A DNA stretch of 64,000 bases from Dehalococcoidia bacterium. GTDB taxonomy: Bacteria > Chloroflexota > Dehalococcoidia > Lucifugimonadales > Australimonadaceae. Below the pieces are notes generated by a model that was not told the DNA's origin, made no database searches, and saw nothing but the letters and a program-made list of their open reading frames with translations. The position numbers and the translations under genes are program-made. This document shows, in pieces, positions 44,088-51,888 of this stretch (position 1 is the first letter of the stretch; every line of letters starts with the position of its first letter). The DNA lies in the NCBI GenBank assembly GCA_965116015.1, contig OZ220477.1, positions 1,165,704 to 1,229,703 of the forward strand, given 5' to 3'.

Positions 44088-45986
44088 CTATCCGAACCTG
44101 CCCTCGCGCTCGTACCAATCCCGCGTCCACGACGCGTTGATCATTCGTTCCTGTTTTATGCGCTCCCATCGCAGCTCAGCCAGGGTGAGTTTGTTGCCCT
44201 TCAAGCCATTGCATGGCGGACAGAGCAATACTCTGTTGCGTAATCCGTCATTTCCGCCTTTGGATTTAGGTTGCTTGTGGTCAACCTCAAGGTACTCGGA
44301 AAGTCCTTTCGGCGGGACATAGCCGCATCCCTGGCAGTAGCAGCCGTCGTCGACGCTTAGACGTTCACGTATTTCTCGCACGCTCATACGCTCGCTTTTT
44401 GGCTTAGGGCTCACTAGCACGAGCACTAGCTCCGGCGCCGCTTTCTCCCCGTCGTCAGTGCGCTTGGGCAGTTCAGATTTCACCGACACGGCTCTGTCCC
44501 ATGAGCTGGCTACGCTAGGCAGCTGCGCATGCTTCTGTAGTTGCCTCAGCATGACATCTTCCGCCTCTTTGTTAATGTCGATAGCTATCCACTCGCGCCC
44601 AAGCCGCTCAGCCCCAACGCAGGTAGTAGCGCACCCCGCGAATGGGTCTAGCACGATGTCGCCTTCGTTGCTGGATGCTTTGATGATGCGCTCGTACAGC
44701 GCAATTGGCTTTTGGGTTGGGTAGCCGGTGTACTCGCCAGCGCTAGCGTTGTAGTTGGTGAATCCTCGCGGCTCCAATATCAAGTTTTGCGGCAGGTTGC
44801 CGGTATCCGCCGCTGCGTAGCGTTTCAAACCAGGCCAGAAGCCTCTTGAGGGATGGACGACCAAGCCGGCATTATCGAGGGCGTCCAATCGTTCATGAAC
44901 GCCCGTCAACGATGTGTAGCCAGGAATGAATGTCCGCTCAATCCAGCGCGCGTAGTCAGATGATTTGGGAGGCGCCCAGCTTCTACCTCTAGCTGCGACA
45001 TCATACCCTTTCCAAGGCTGTCCTGATTCTCCAGTAGACGCGCTCGGCGCGGTCAGGTCGGAGAACCTGACCGCGCCGAGCGCGTCTAGTTGTGGGTAAG
45101 CAGTTTTGATCTCATCTTCAGTCTTGGGTGTGGCAACTGCATCGCCATTCCACGTGAATTTTTCAGATTTTGAGTAGTAGAGGATAGTGTCGGTGATATT
45201 GCCGTAGCCCTTTGCGTTGTTGTGGGCAGTGGCTCTGCGCCACGCAATCTGGCTTCTCATATTCCTCGGGCCGAAGATGGCGTCCATCATCGCGCGGATG
45301 TAGGAGTTAGCAGTATGGTCGCAGTGCAAGTAGAGGCTGCCTGCCGGCTTGAGGATGCGGCGCATCTCCAGGACGCGGACGCCCAGCCAGCACAGGAACG
45401 CGCCCATATCCTCGCCTGCGGCGGCGTTGGCGGCCTGTATGACGCTGTAGAGGTTCGGATGATCCTCTCGGATGCTCTCCGTCCACTCGGACTGGACATC
45501 CCCCCACGTCCATACGTCCGTGTAGCTGACCTTCTTTCCCGTTTTGTCGGCGCCGGCTGTGACAATGCCCTCGAACGCCTTCACGCCCTTGTTGAACGGA
45601 GGGTCGGTGGCGATGAGGTCGATGCTGTCTGAATTGATGCCCCGGAGTATCGGTAAGTTATCCCCGATGAATAGCGTACGGCTCTCAATGTTCAGGTTTG
45701 TAGTAGAATTGTTAGCCCGCTCGCCCGCTCGCCCGCTCGCCCGCTCGCCCGCTCGCCCGCTCGCCCGCTCGCCCGCTCGCCCGCTCGCCCGCTCGCCCGC
45801 TCGCCATCCTGCGCCTCCTTGCCTTATGAGCGCTTGGAACCCTACCACATAGGGGCATTGCCGACCGGAATCCTTGCCTTGATGCGACGCTAGAGTCAAT
45901 AGGCTTGTGTCGCGGGAGCGCGAACGGAGGGGACCCGCTGGCTCCCGCCTCCGGAGGAACGACGGCTCTTGTCGGTAGTCAGCCAT
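44088..45986 (-). CDS. beta-class N6/N4 DNA methyltransferase-HNH endonuclease fusion (paralog of 31319..32839) with a repeat-encoded N-terminal extension
   Basis: TDPPFN, DPFAGCATT, and the C-terminal CQGCG...DHKQPKSKGG..NRVLLCPPCNGLKGNK. The ORF is open to the ATG at 45986, passing through the (GERASGRA)n repeat. An alternative SD+ATG at 45807 is out of frame. Confidence 0.8.
   Translation of the reverse strand: MADYRQEPSFLRRREPAGPLRSRSRDTSLLTLASHQGKDSGRQCPYVVGFQALIRQGGAGWRAGERASGRAGERASGRAGERASGRAGERANNSTTNLNIESRTLFIGDNLPILRGINSDSIDLIATDPPFNKGVKAFEGIVTAGADKTGKKVSYTDVWTWGDVQSEWTESIREDHPNLYSVIQAANAAAGEDMGAFLCWLGVRVLEMRRILKPAGSLYLHCDHTANSYIRAMMDAIFGPRNMRSQIAWRRATAHNNAKGYGNITDTILYYSKSEKFTWNGDAVATPKTEDEIKTAYPQLDALGAVRFSDLTAPSASTGESGQPWKGYDVAARGRSWAPPKSSDYARWIERTFIPGYTSLTGVHERLDALDNAGLVVHPSRGFWPGLKRYAAADTGNLPQNLILEPRGFTNYNASAGEYTGYPTQKPIALYERIIKASSNEGDIVLDPFAGCATTCVGAERLGREWIAIDINKEAEDVMLRQLQKHAQLPSVASSWDRAVSVKSELPKRTDDGEKAAPELVLVLVSPKPKSERMSVREIRERLSVDDGCYCQGCGYVPPKGLSEYLEVDHKQPKSKGGNDGLRNRVLLCPPCNGLKGNKLTLAELRWERIKQERMINASWTRDWYEREGRFG
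45715..45802 (-). repeat. octanucleotide tandem repeat (GCCCGCTC)x11 inside the 5' end of the MTase-HNH ORF
   Basis: Eleven perfect 8-bp units were counted, 88 bp in total. Confidence 0.95.
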
Positions 45987-46039
45987 CGTCCTGCTCCACG
46001 CCGCACCGCGCGTGCGCGCCTTGTTCGCTCTTGGGCGGC

Positions 46040-46160
46040 TCTGCTAGAATCGGGGCCTGCGCCGACATCTACCGGGAGCTGGGTGAAACCCGGCTGAGAG
46101 GCTCCGCAGCTACGGGGCGACCGGCAACCTGATCTGGGTAATGCCAGCGGAGGGAATCTG
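46040..46160 (+). promoter_or_regulatory. TPP (THI-box) riboswitch
   Basis: Conserved cugaga (46094-46099) and accugaucugg(g)uaaugccagcg (46127-46149). Located upstream of thiG. Confidence 0.85.
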
Positions 46161-46199
46161 CAAAGACCGCTCCTCCGCCGAAAGCAGGGCGGTCTTTTT
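46161..46199 (+). terminator. intrinsic terminator forming the riboswitch expression platform
   Basis: 9-bp stem aaagaccgc/gcggtcttt, followed by and overlapping a T5 run. Confidence 0.7.
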
Positions 46200-46220
46200 G
46201 TTACGCCGGGAGGGCGCGAT

Positions 46221-47006
46221 ATGGCCAACGATGCGCTGCGCGTGGGGGAGTTCACTTTCACGTCGCGGCTCTTCACCGGCACCGGACGCCATCGCAGCAA
46301 CGACGAGCTCGCCGCATCGCTCGCAGCGTCCGGCGCGGAGGTCGTCACCGTCGCCATCCGGCGTCTCGATCTGGGGAACCCGAACGAGCCGACTGTCCTC
46401 GACGTCATCGACGCTGAGCACTACACGATTCTCCCCAACACCGCCGGCTGCAAGACGGTCGAGGAGGCTCTGATGACAGCCCGGCTCGCCCGATCTCTTG
46501 GGCTTCCCAACTGGATCAAGCTCGAGGTTATCCCCGACCCGAAGTATCTGCTGCCAGATCCCGTCGGGACGCTCGAGGCGGCCAAAGCTCTCGTCGCCGA
46601 CGGCTTTACGACGCTTCCCTACATCCACGCCGATCCTGTGCTCGCGCTGCGCCTCGAAGACGTGGGCTGCGCGACCGTGATGCCGCTCGGCTCCGCCATC
46701 GGGTCCGGCCAGGGCATCCATACCGCCGAGGAGATCTCGATCATCATCGAGCAGTGCAGCATCCCCGTCGTCGTCGATGCCGGCCTTGCGGTTCCTTCGC
46801 AGGCGGCGCAGGCTATGGAGATGGGGGCAGACGCTGTGCTCGTCAACACTGCTATCGCCCGCGCCAAGAACCCCTCCCGGATGGCGGAGGCGTTCAAGCT
46901 TGGCGTCGAAGCAGGACGCCTCGCCTACCTTGCGGGCAGGATCGAAGCGCAACGCTACGCGCAGGCAAGCAGCCCTCTCGAGGGCGTCATTCAGTCCACG
47001 AGTTGA
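46221..47006 (+). CDS. thiG: thiazole synthase ThiG
   Basis: FTSRLFTGTG, ILPNTAGC, IKLEVI, VMPLGSAIGSGQG, VLVNTAIA. Confidence 0.95.
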   Translation: MANDALRVGEFTFTSRLFTGTGRHRSNDELAASLAASGAEVVTVAIRRLDLGNPNEPTVLDVIDAEHYTILPNTAGCKTVEEALMTARLARSLGLPNWIKLEVIPDPKYLLPDPVGTLEAAKALVADGFTTLPYIHADPVLALRLEDVGCATVMPLGSAIGSGQGIHTAEEISIIIEQCSIPVVVDAGLAVPSQAAQAMEMGADAVLVNTAIARAKNPSRMAEAFKLGVEAGRLAYLAGRIEAQRYAQASSPLEGVIQSTS

Positions 47007-47014
47007 GCGCTGGC

Positions 47015-47884
47015 ATGACTGGGCGTCCATCTCTCGCTCTCGCGCTCCCGATCGTGGCGCTGGTTACCGACCGGCGCCGCGCAGGCGGCCTGGAAGCGCT
47101 GGCGAAGGCTGTCGAGGCCGCAACGCAGAACGGGGTGAACCTCGTGCAGATGCGCGAGAAAGATCTGCCCGACGCGGCGCAGCTCGACCTTGCGAACCGG
47201 CTGCGCGAGGCGACGGCGGGGCGAGCTCTGCTCTTCATCAACGATAGCGTCAGCATCGCCGAAGCCTCCCGCGCCGACGGGGTTCAGCTTGGCGAGCAGT
47301 CCCGCAGCGTGGCGAGCGCGCGCGCGGCGGCGGCGCAGGCGATCCTCGTTGGGCACTCAGTGCACAGCGCGGCGGGAGCGCGCGCGGCGGAGGATGAGGG
47401 CGCCGATCTCATCATCGCCGGCGCTCTGTTCGAGTCGCCGACACATCCTGGGCAACTGCCCGCCGGCGTCGATCTTGTGCGGGAGGCCGCGGGCGCGAGC
47501 GCTGTCCCGATCGTCGGCATCGGGGGAATCGTTGCGGGCAACGCCGGAGAGGTTATCGCCGCAGGAGGCGCAGGGGTCGCCGTCGTCAGCAGCATTCTGG
47601 GCGCGCCGGACCCGGCGGAGGCCGCCGCGCGGCTCGCGGCTGCGGTCTCCGCGGCGTGGGAGGCGCGGAGCGCGCGTCCGCCGCTGCGCGTCATCGTCAA
47701 CGGCGTCGAGCAGGAGATCGCAGCCGGCGCAACTGTCGCGTCGTACCTCGATGCGCTAGGTTTCGTCGGTCGCTACGTGGCTGTCGCCCGCAACGGCGAG
47801 GCGCTGGAGCGCGAAACGTTCGGCGATGTCGTCCTCCAGAGCGGCGACCGCATCGAAATCGTCCGCCCTGTGGGCGGAGGCTAA
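47015..47884 (+). CDS. thiE: thiamine-phosphate synthase ThiE fused to a C-terminal ThiS sulfur-carrier domain
   Basis: ThiE blocks VQMREKD, GVQLG, GHSVH, PIVGIGGI. The last ~66 aa (LRVIVNGVEQEI...GDRIEIVRPVGGG) are ThiS-like and end in GG. Confidence 0.8.
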   Translation: MTGRPSLALALPIVALVTDRRRAGGLEALAKAVEAATQNGVNLVQMREKDLPDAAQLDLANRLREATAGRALLFINDSVSIAEASRADGVQLGEQSRSVASARAAAAQAILVGHSVHSAAGARAAEDEGADLIIAGALFESPTHPGQLPAGVDLVREAAGASAVPIVGIGGIVAGNAGEVIAAGGAGVAVVSSILGAPDPAEAAARLAAAVSAAWEARSARPPLRVIVNGVEQEIAAGATVASYLDALGFVGRYVAVARNGEALERETFGDVVLQSGDRIEIVRPVGGG

Positions 47885-47944
47885 CGGCGAAGCCCGCCGC
47901 CTACCGCTCCGCGCAGGAGACGGAGGGGGCGCGGCGAGGCTGCC

Positions 47945-48853
47945 TCATCCGATGCTGATCGTGGCGACGCCCGCCACAATCATCGCGATGGCCGCCGCCT
48001 TGACGCCGAGCGTGCGGCGGTCGATGCGCTCGTGGAGCACGTCGAAGCGCTTTGTGCTTAGCAGCGCTCCCAGAATCAGCACGAACATCGGGCGGGACGC
48101 CGACACGACGCTGACCGACGATACAGGGCCGAGGCTGAGCGCGATGACGAGCATCAGCGCGGCGATGGGAGCGAGGACGCCCTCTGCGAGAAGGAGGTTC
48201 GCCCATGCGCTCGCCGATCTCCGCACGCTCCGCAGCTCCCTTAGCGTCGAGGGGCGCGCCGAGAGCGCCAGCACGCCGACCGCCATCGCGGCGGAGCGTA
48301 TCGCCTGTATGCCCCATACGTTCATCACGCGCGTCGCCTGCTCGCTCGCGATGAACGCCATTCCCACCGAGAAGCTGCCAGCGAGCAGGATGAAGAACGC
48401 CTTGCCGCGCGCAAGGCGAAACAGGCCCTCCTCCGGGCGCGCCGACACTAGCCCGGCGCCGAGAATCACCACGACCACGGCTCCCCACTGCAGCGCGGTG
48501 AGCGTCTCTCCCAGGAAGATGACGGCGGCGACCGATGCGAATATGGGGCCGACCTGCTGAATCGGCGCTGCTCGCGACGCCTCCTCCATGCTTAGTCCGT
48601 GGAAGAAGAGGAAGAGCCCCAGCGCCCACAGCAGGCCGCTTGCAATCGCCCAGGGCGCGCCCTCTCCGCCATCGAATCCCACGGTGGGCGCGACTGCGGA
48701 GAAGTAGACTACCGCAATAGCCGCCTGCAGCAGCCCGAATGCCGCGTTGAACGAACTCGCGCTCGGGAACAGGTGCGTCGCGAGCCGCTTGTCGAATACG
48801 GTGACCACTGCGAACAGCGACGTGCTGATCAGCGCCGCCGCAACCCATGTCAT
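47945..48853 (-). CDS. EamA/DMT family transporter
   Basis: About ten hydrophobic segments arranged as two EamA-like halves. Confidence 0.75.
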   Translation of the reverse strand: MTWVAAALISTSLFAVVTVFDKRLATHLFPSASSFNAAFGLLQAAIAVVYFSAVAPTVGFDGGEGAPWAIASGLLWALGLFLFFHGLSMEEASRAAPIQQVGPIFASVAAVIFLGETLTALQWGAVVVVILGAGLVSARPEEGLFRLARGKAFFILLAGSFSVGMAFIASEQATRVMNVWGIQAIRSAAMAVGVLALSARPSTLRELRSVRRSASAWANLLLAEGVLAPIAALMLVIALSLGPVSSVSVVSASRPMFVLILGALLSTKRFDVLHERIDRRTLGVKAAAIAMIVAGVATISIG

Positions 48854-49379
48854 CGCGTTCTCCGGGACGGAGTGAGGTTAGGGTGGAATGAGGCCGGCAG
48901 CCCGCGCGCGGCAGGCCCGCGAGGCATCCTATCACCCGCTTTCCGCTTCCCGACTCGCAAGGCGCTGGCGGCGCGAAAAGTCGCCACGCGCGATTCCGCC
49001 GTCGACGCTGAGCGCGATTGCGGATGTCGCAGCCTATTCTGCGCATTCCGACAATGCCTTGCCGAACCGCGCAGGCGCTGACGCCGCGCAGTTCGCTCGC
49101 ATCGCTCTCCGCGGGCAGACGCGCGCGCAGGGACGCAGCGAGCCGCCCGGGAGAGCGAGCACGAGCAGAGGTTAACGACATCGTAGCGAGCGCATGCGCG
49201 TTGGGGTTAGGCGTTGCTCCTGCCTGCTGCGCGTTTTCTGAAACGTCCGCTAATCTGATTGTAGTATTTCCGTAACGTAATAGCTTGATTTCGTAGTTCG
49301 GATGGCGTATTATGTACATGACAGCTAGAGAGCGCGGCGCCGCGAAGGACTGCTGGACTACGAGAGAAGGAAGCGCGAA

Positions 49380-49598
49380 ATGCAGATAGTTACAGGACTC
49401 TACCGCGCGTTTGTCGAGGGAATGATGTACTGGCGCATCGCCGCCCGGTGCGAGAACGACCTCGCCGAGATGGCCAAGCGGATCAACGCCGCCATCGACA
49501 GGATGAACAGGACGTCGGGTCTGACGGCCGCGGAGCCGGTCGCCGTAGGCGGCGAGAGGACCGAGGCAGTCGAGGAAGTCGCAGGGAAGGCCGCGTAG
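49380..49598 (+). CDS. hypothetical small protein (72 aa)
   Basis: Preceded by an AT-rich promoter-like stretch (ttgatt...tattatg) and a GAAGGAAG RBS. No recognisable motif. Confidence 0.35.
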   Translation: MQIVTGLYRAFVEGMMYWRIAARCENDLAEMAKRINAAIDRMNRTSGLTAAEPVAVGGERTEAVEEVAGKAA

Positions 49599-49717
49599 GC
49601 CTCCCTGCCAAGGCAACGAACAACCGACAGCAAAGAGGAAGCGAACGCTCCCGGCCCTCGCACGGCGAGGAGCGCCCGCCTTCCCGGGAACAAACACTCA
49701 GTGAAGGATTCGGAACA

Positions 49718-49876
49718 ATGGCAGCGATTCTCGTAAAGGCATGCGCATACTGCGGCGGCGACGTCAACCGCTGGGAAGAGATCGACGGCTTGGAATACCG
49801 GTGCATTCAGTGCGGGCGCCAGATGGATCCGGCGGCGGCGCTCACGCTCATCGACCAGCGCCGCACCGCCGCCTAG
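49718..49876 (+). CDS. small zinc-ribbon protein (52 aa)
   Basis: CAYCGG...CIQCG double CxxC. GAAGGA lies upstream. Confidence 0.4.
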   Translation: MAAILVKACAYCGGDVNRWEEIDGLEYRCIQCGRQMDPAAALTLIDQRRTAA

Positions 49877-50034
49877 CGCCTGAGCCTAGTCTCGCATTCC
49901 GCGGCAGCCCCGCGGGCGCGTTCTCGCAGCCCGCAACGCCTGCGGCGTCTCTCTGCTGCGCTCGCTTGGCGGGGGTGTTTAGCGTTCGCGCGCTTGACAG
50001 CTCTCGCCGACGCTCCGTAGCATGGAGATAGTGT

Positions 50035-50110
<76 letters not shown>

Positions 50111-50145
50111 GCCGGCAAGCTCGGTGCGCGGGCTCCGGCGAATGG

Positions 50146-50220
50146 GCGGAAGTGGCTCAGGGGTAGAGCATCTCCTTGCCAAGGAGAAGGTCGCGGGTTC
50201 AAATCCCGTCTTCCGCTCCA
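50146..50220 (+). tRNA. tRNA-Gly (GCC), CCA encoded
   Basis: Hand fold. Acceptor GCGGAAG/CTTCCGC, anticodon loop TTGCCAA, discriminator U. Confidence 0.9.
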
Positions 50221-50359
50221 CGCTCAACCAGGTTGGAAGCTGCCGCGATGCGGCAGCTTCCATTTCCCAGCCCCCGAGGGAACTCCCGCCCCGTTAAGCG
50301 CATTCGAGTACAATTGCCGCTACGCGAGTGCGCAAGTCTTGCGGCTCAGCGCGCCGCTT

Positions 50360-50446
50360 GCCGAAGTGGCGGAACGGTAGACGCGACGGTCTCAAAAACC
50401 GTTGGGGGCAAACCCCGTGCCGGTTCGAATCCGGCCTTCGGCACCA
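50360..50446 (+). tRNA. tRNA-Leu (CAA), class II with a long variable arm, CCA encoded
   Basis: Hand fold. Acceptor GCCGAAG/CTTCGGC, anticodon loop CTCAAAA, variable arm TGGGGGCAAACCCCGT. Confidence 0.88.
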
Positions 50447-50577
50447 CACACACTCTCGCTGCCCTGCTGCTCTCCCGCCAACACGGCGCGCGCCCGTGCG
50501 AGAGAGCCTGTTCCCGCTTGCGCGGGAACAGGCGGGCGGGGCCGACAGCTCCCTGCCGGCGCAAGGGCGAGACTCCT

Positions 50578-51702
50578 CTACACGGCGGCGGGGATTCCTA
50601 TTTTGTAGAGGCGCGCACAGTTGTCCCAGAGGATCTTCCGCCTGTCCTCGTCTGGTATATCCAGGTCGAGGAAGGCGTTCACCGCCTCGGGATAGCGCGA
50701 GTCTCCGTGCGGGTAGTCGGTCGAGAACACGATCTGGTCGCTGCCCAAGCAGTCGAGCGTGTACTTGGCCGGGGTCTCATCTGGCTCGATAGACACCCAG
50801 CACTGCCGCTTAAACAGGTCGGTTGGCGATTCGGAGAGCTCCGGCATATAGGCGTCGAGCTCGCGCTCGTGAGCCTCTTCCACGCGCCACAAGAGCCACG
50901 GGAGCCACGCGCAGTTGGCCTCGAGGAACGCCGCGCGGAGGTTCGGGTGGCGCTCGAGCACGCCTCCGCCGATGAAGCTGCCGAGCCCCATCATCTGCTC
51001 GAACGGCTGCGAGTAGATGCGGCGAAGCATAAAGTTGTTGAAATGCTCGCCCGCCTGCTTCGACATCGACCCCGTCGCCTCGTGGAAGCCGATGGGGATA
51101 TCGAGCTCCTCCAGCGCGCTCCATAGCGGCTCGAAGCACGGGTCGTGCCAGGGCTTGCCCACAACCACGTTCGAGCGCACGAACACGGCCTTGAATCCGA
51201 GCTCGCTCACTACCCGACGCGCCTCCCGCACTGCGTCGTTCACGTCGTACACCGAGATCATGCCGGCGCCGAACATCCTGTCCGGGTTGAGGGCGCAGAA
51301 GTCGTACATCCAGTCGTTGTACGCGCGCGCGATCGCGGCCGCGAATCCAGCGTCCAGGTCCGGCCGGGTGAGCACGCTGAGGCCTCTGCTTGGGAACATC
51401 ACGGCGACGTCGATGCCCTCTACGTCCATCGCGTCGAGCTGCGCCTCGGAGACCCATCCCCGCTCGGAGTCGGACTTGTAGAGCTTCTGGTTGCGCTCGT
51501 AGTTGCGGCCGACAGGGTTGATGCCTCCGCGGAGCTGCCCGGGAAGGTCAGGCCACTCGATGCGGAGATCCCGAACATTCTCCGACGTAACGCCGATGGG
51601 CGCGCGGCTCCGGTACTTCTCATCGATGTACCGCGGCCACAAGTCCGGCGGCTCCATAATGTGCATATCGCTGTCGAAGACAAGGAAGCCGTTTCTCGAC
51701 AT
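50578..51702 (-). CDS. amidohydrolase-2 (PF04909-like) family protein
   Basis: FDSDMHIMEP N-terminal motif, IGFHEAT, and STDYPHGDS at the C-terminus. GGGAGG lies 8 nt upstream of the ATG at 51702. The 5' two-thirds of the tracked 541-aa ORF is rejected. Confidence 0.82.
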   Translation of the reverse strand: MSRNGFLVFDSDMHIMEPPDLWPRYIDEKYRSRAPIGVTSENVRDLRIEWPDLPGQLRGGINPVGRNYERNQKLYKSDSERGWVSEAQLDAMDVEGIDVAVMFPSRGLSVLTRPDLDAGFAAAIARAYNDWMYDFCALNPDRMFGAGMISVYDVNDAVREARRVVSELGFKAVFVRSNVVVGKPWHDPCFEPLWSALEELDIPIGFHEATGSMSKQAGEHFNNFMLRRIYSQPFEQMMGLGSFIGGGVLERHPNLRAAFLEANCAWLPWLLWRVEEAHERELDAYMPELSESPTDLFKRQCWVSIEPDETPAKYTLDCLGSDQIVFSTDYPHGDSRYPEAVNAFLDLDIPDEDRRKILWDNCARLYKIGIPAAV

Positions 51703-51888
51703 CGCGTCGCCTCCCGAAAGGCCGCAGGCTCGGCCTGTGCTGCAAGCATCATACTCCGGAAGCGGCCTTCTCTCCCAACCTCTCTCTCGGTTCTCTATGG
51801 CGCGGGACTGACGAGGAGCGACTCGCGCCGGTACACTGCACGTCGTTCGCGGTTGGGACGGCTGCCGTATCCTTGTTCGTCCCGGGGC

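Noticed and set aside
47901-49697. 598-aa minus-strand ORF overlapping the EamA gene and the 48.9-49.4 kb spacer
   Set aside because: Arg/Gly/Ala-rich with no motifs, and out of frame with the convincing DMT transporter. I could not support any CDS in 48854-49379.
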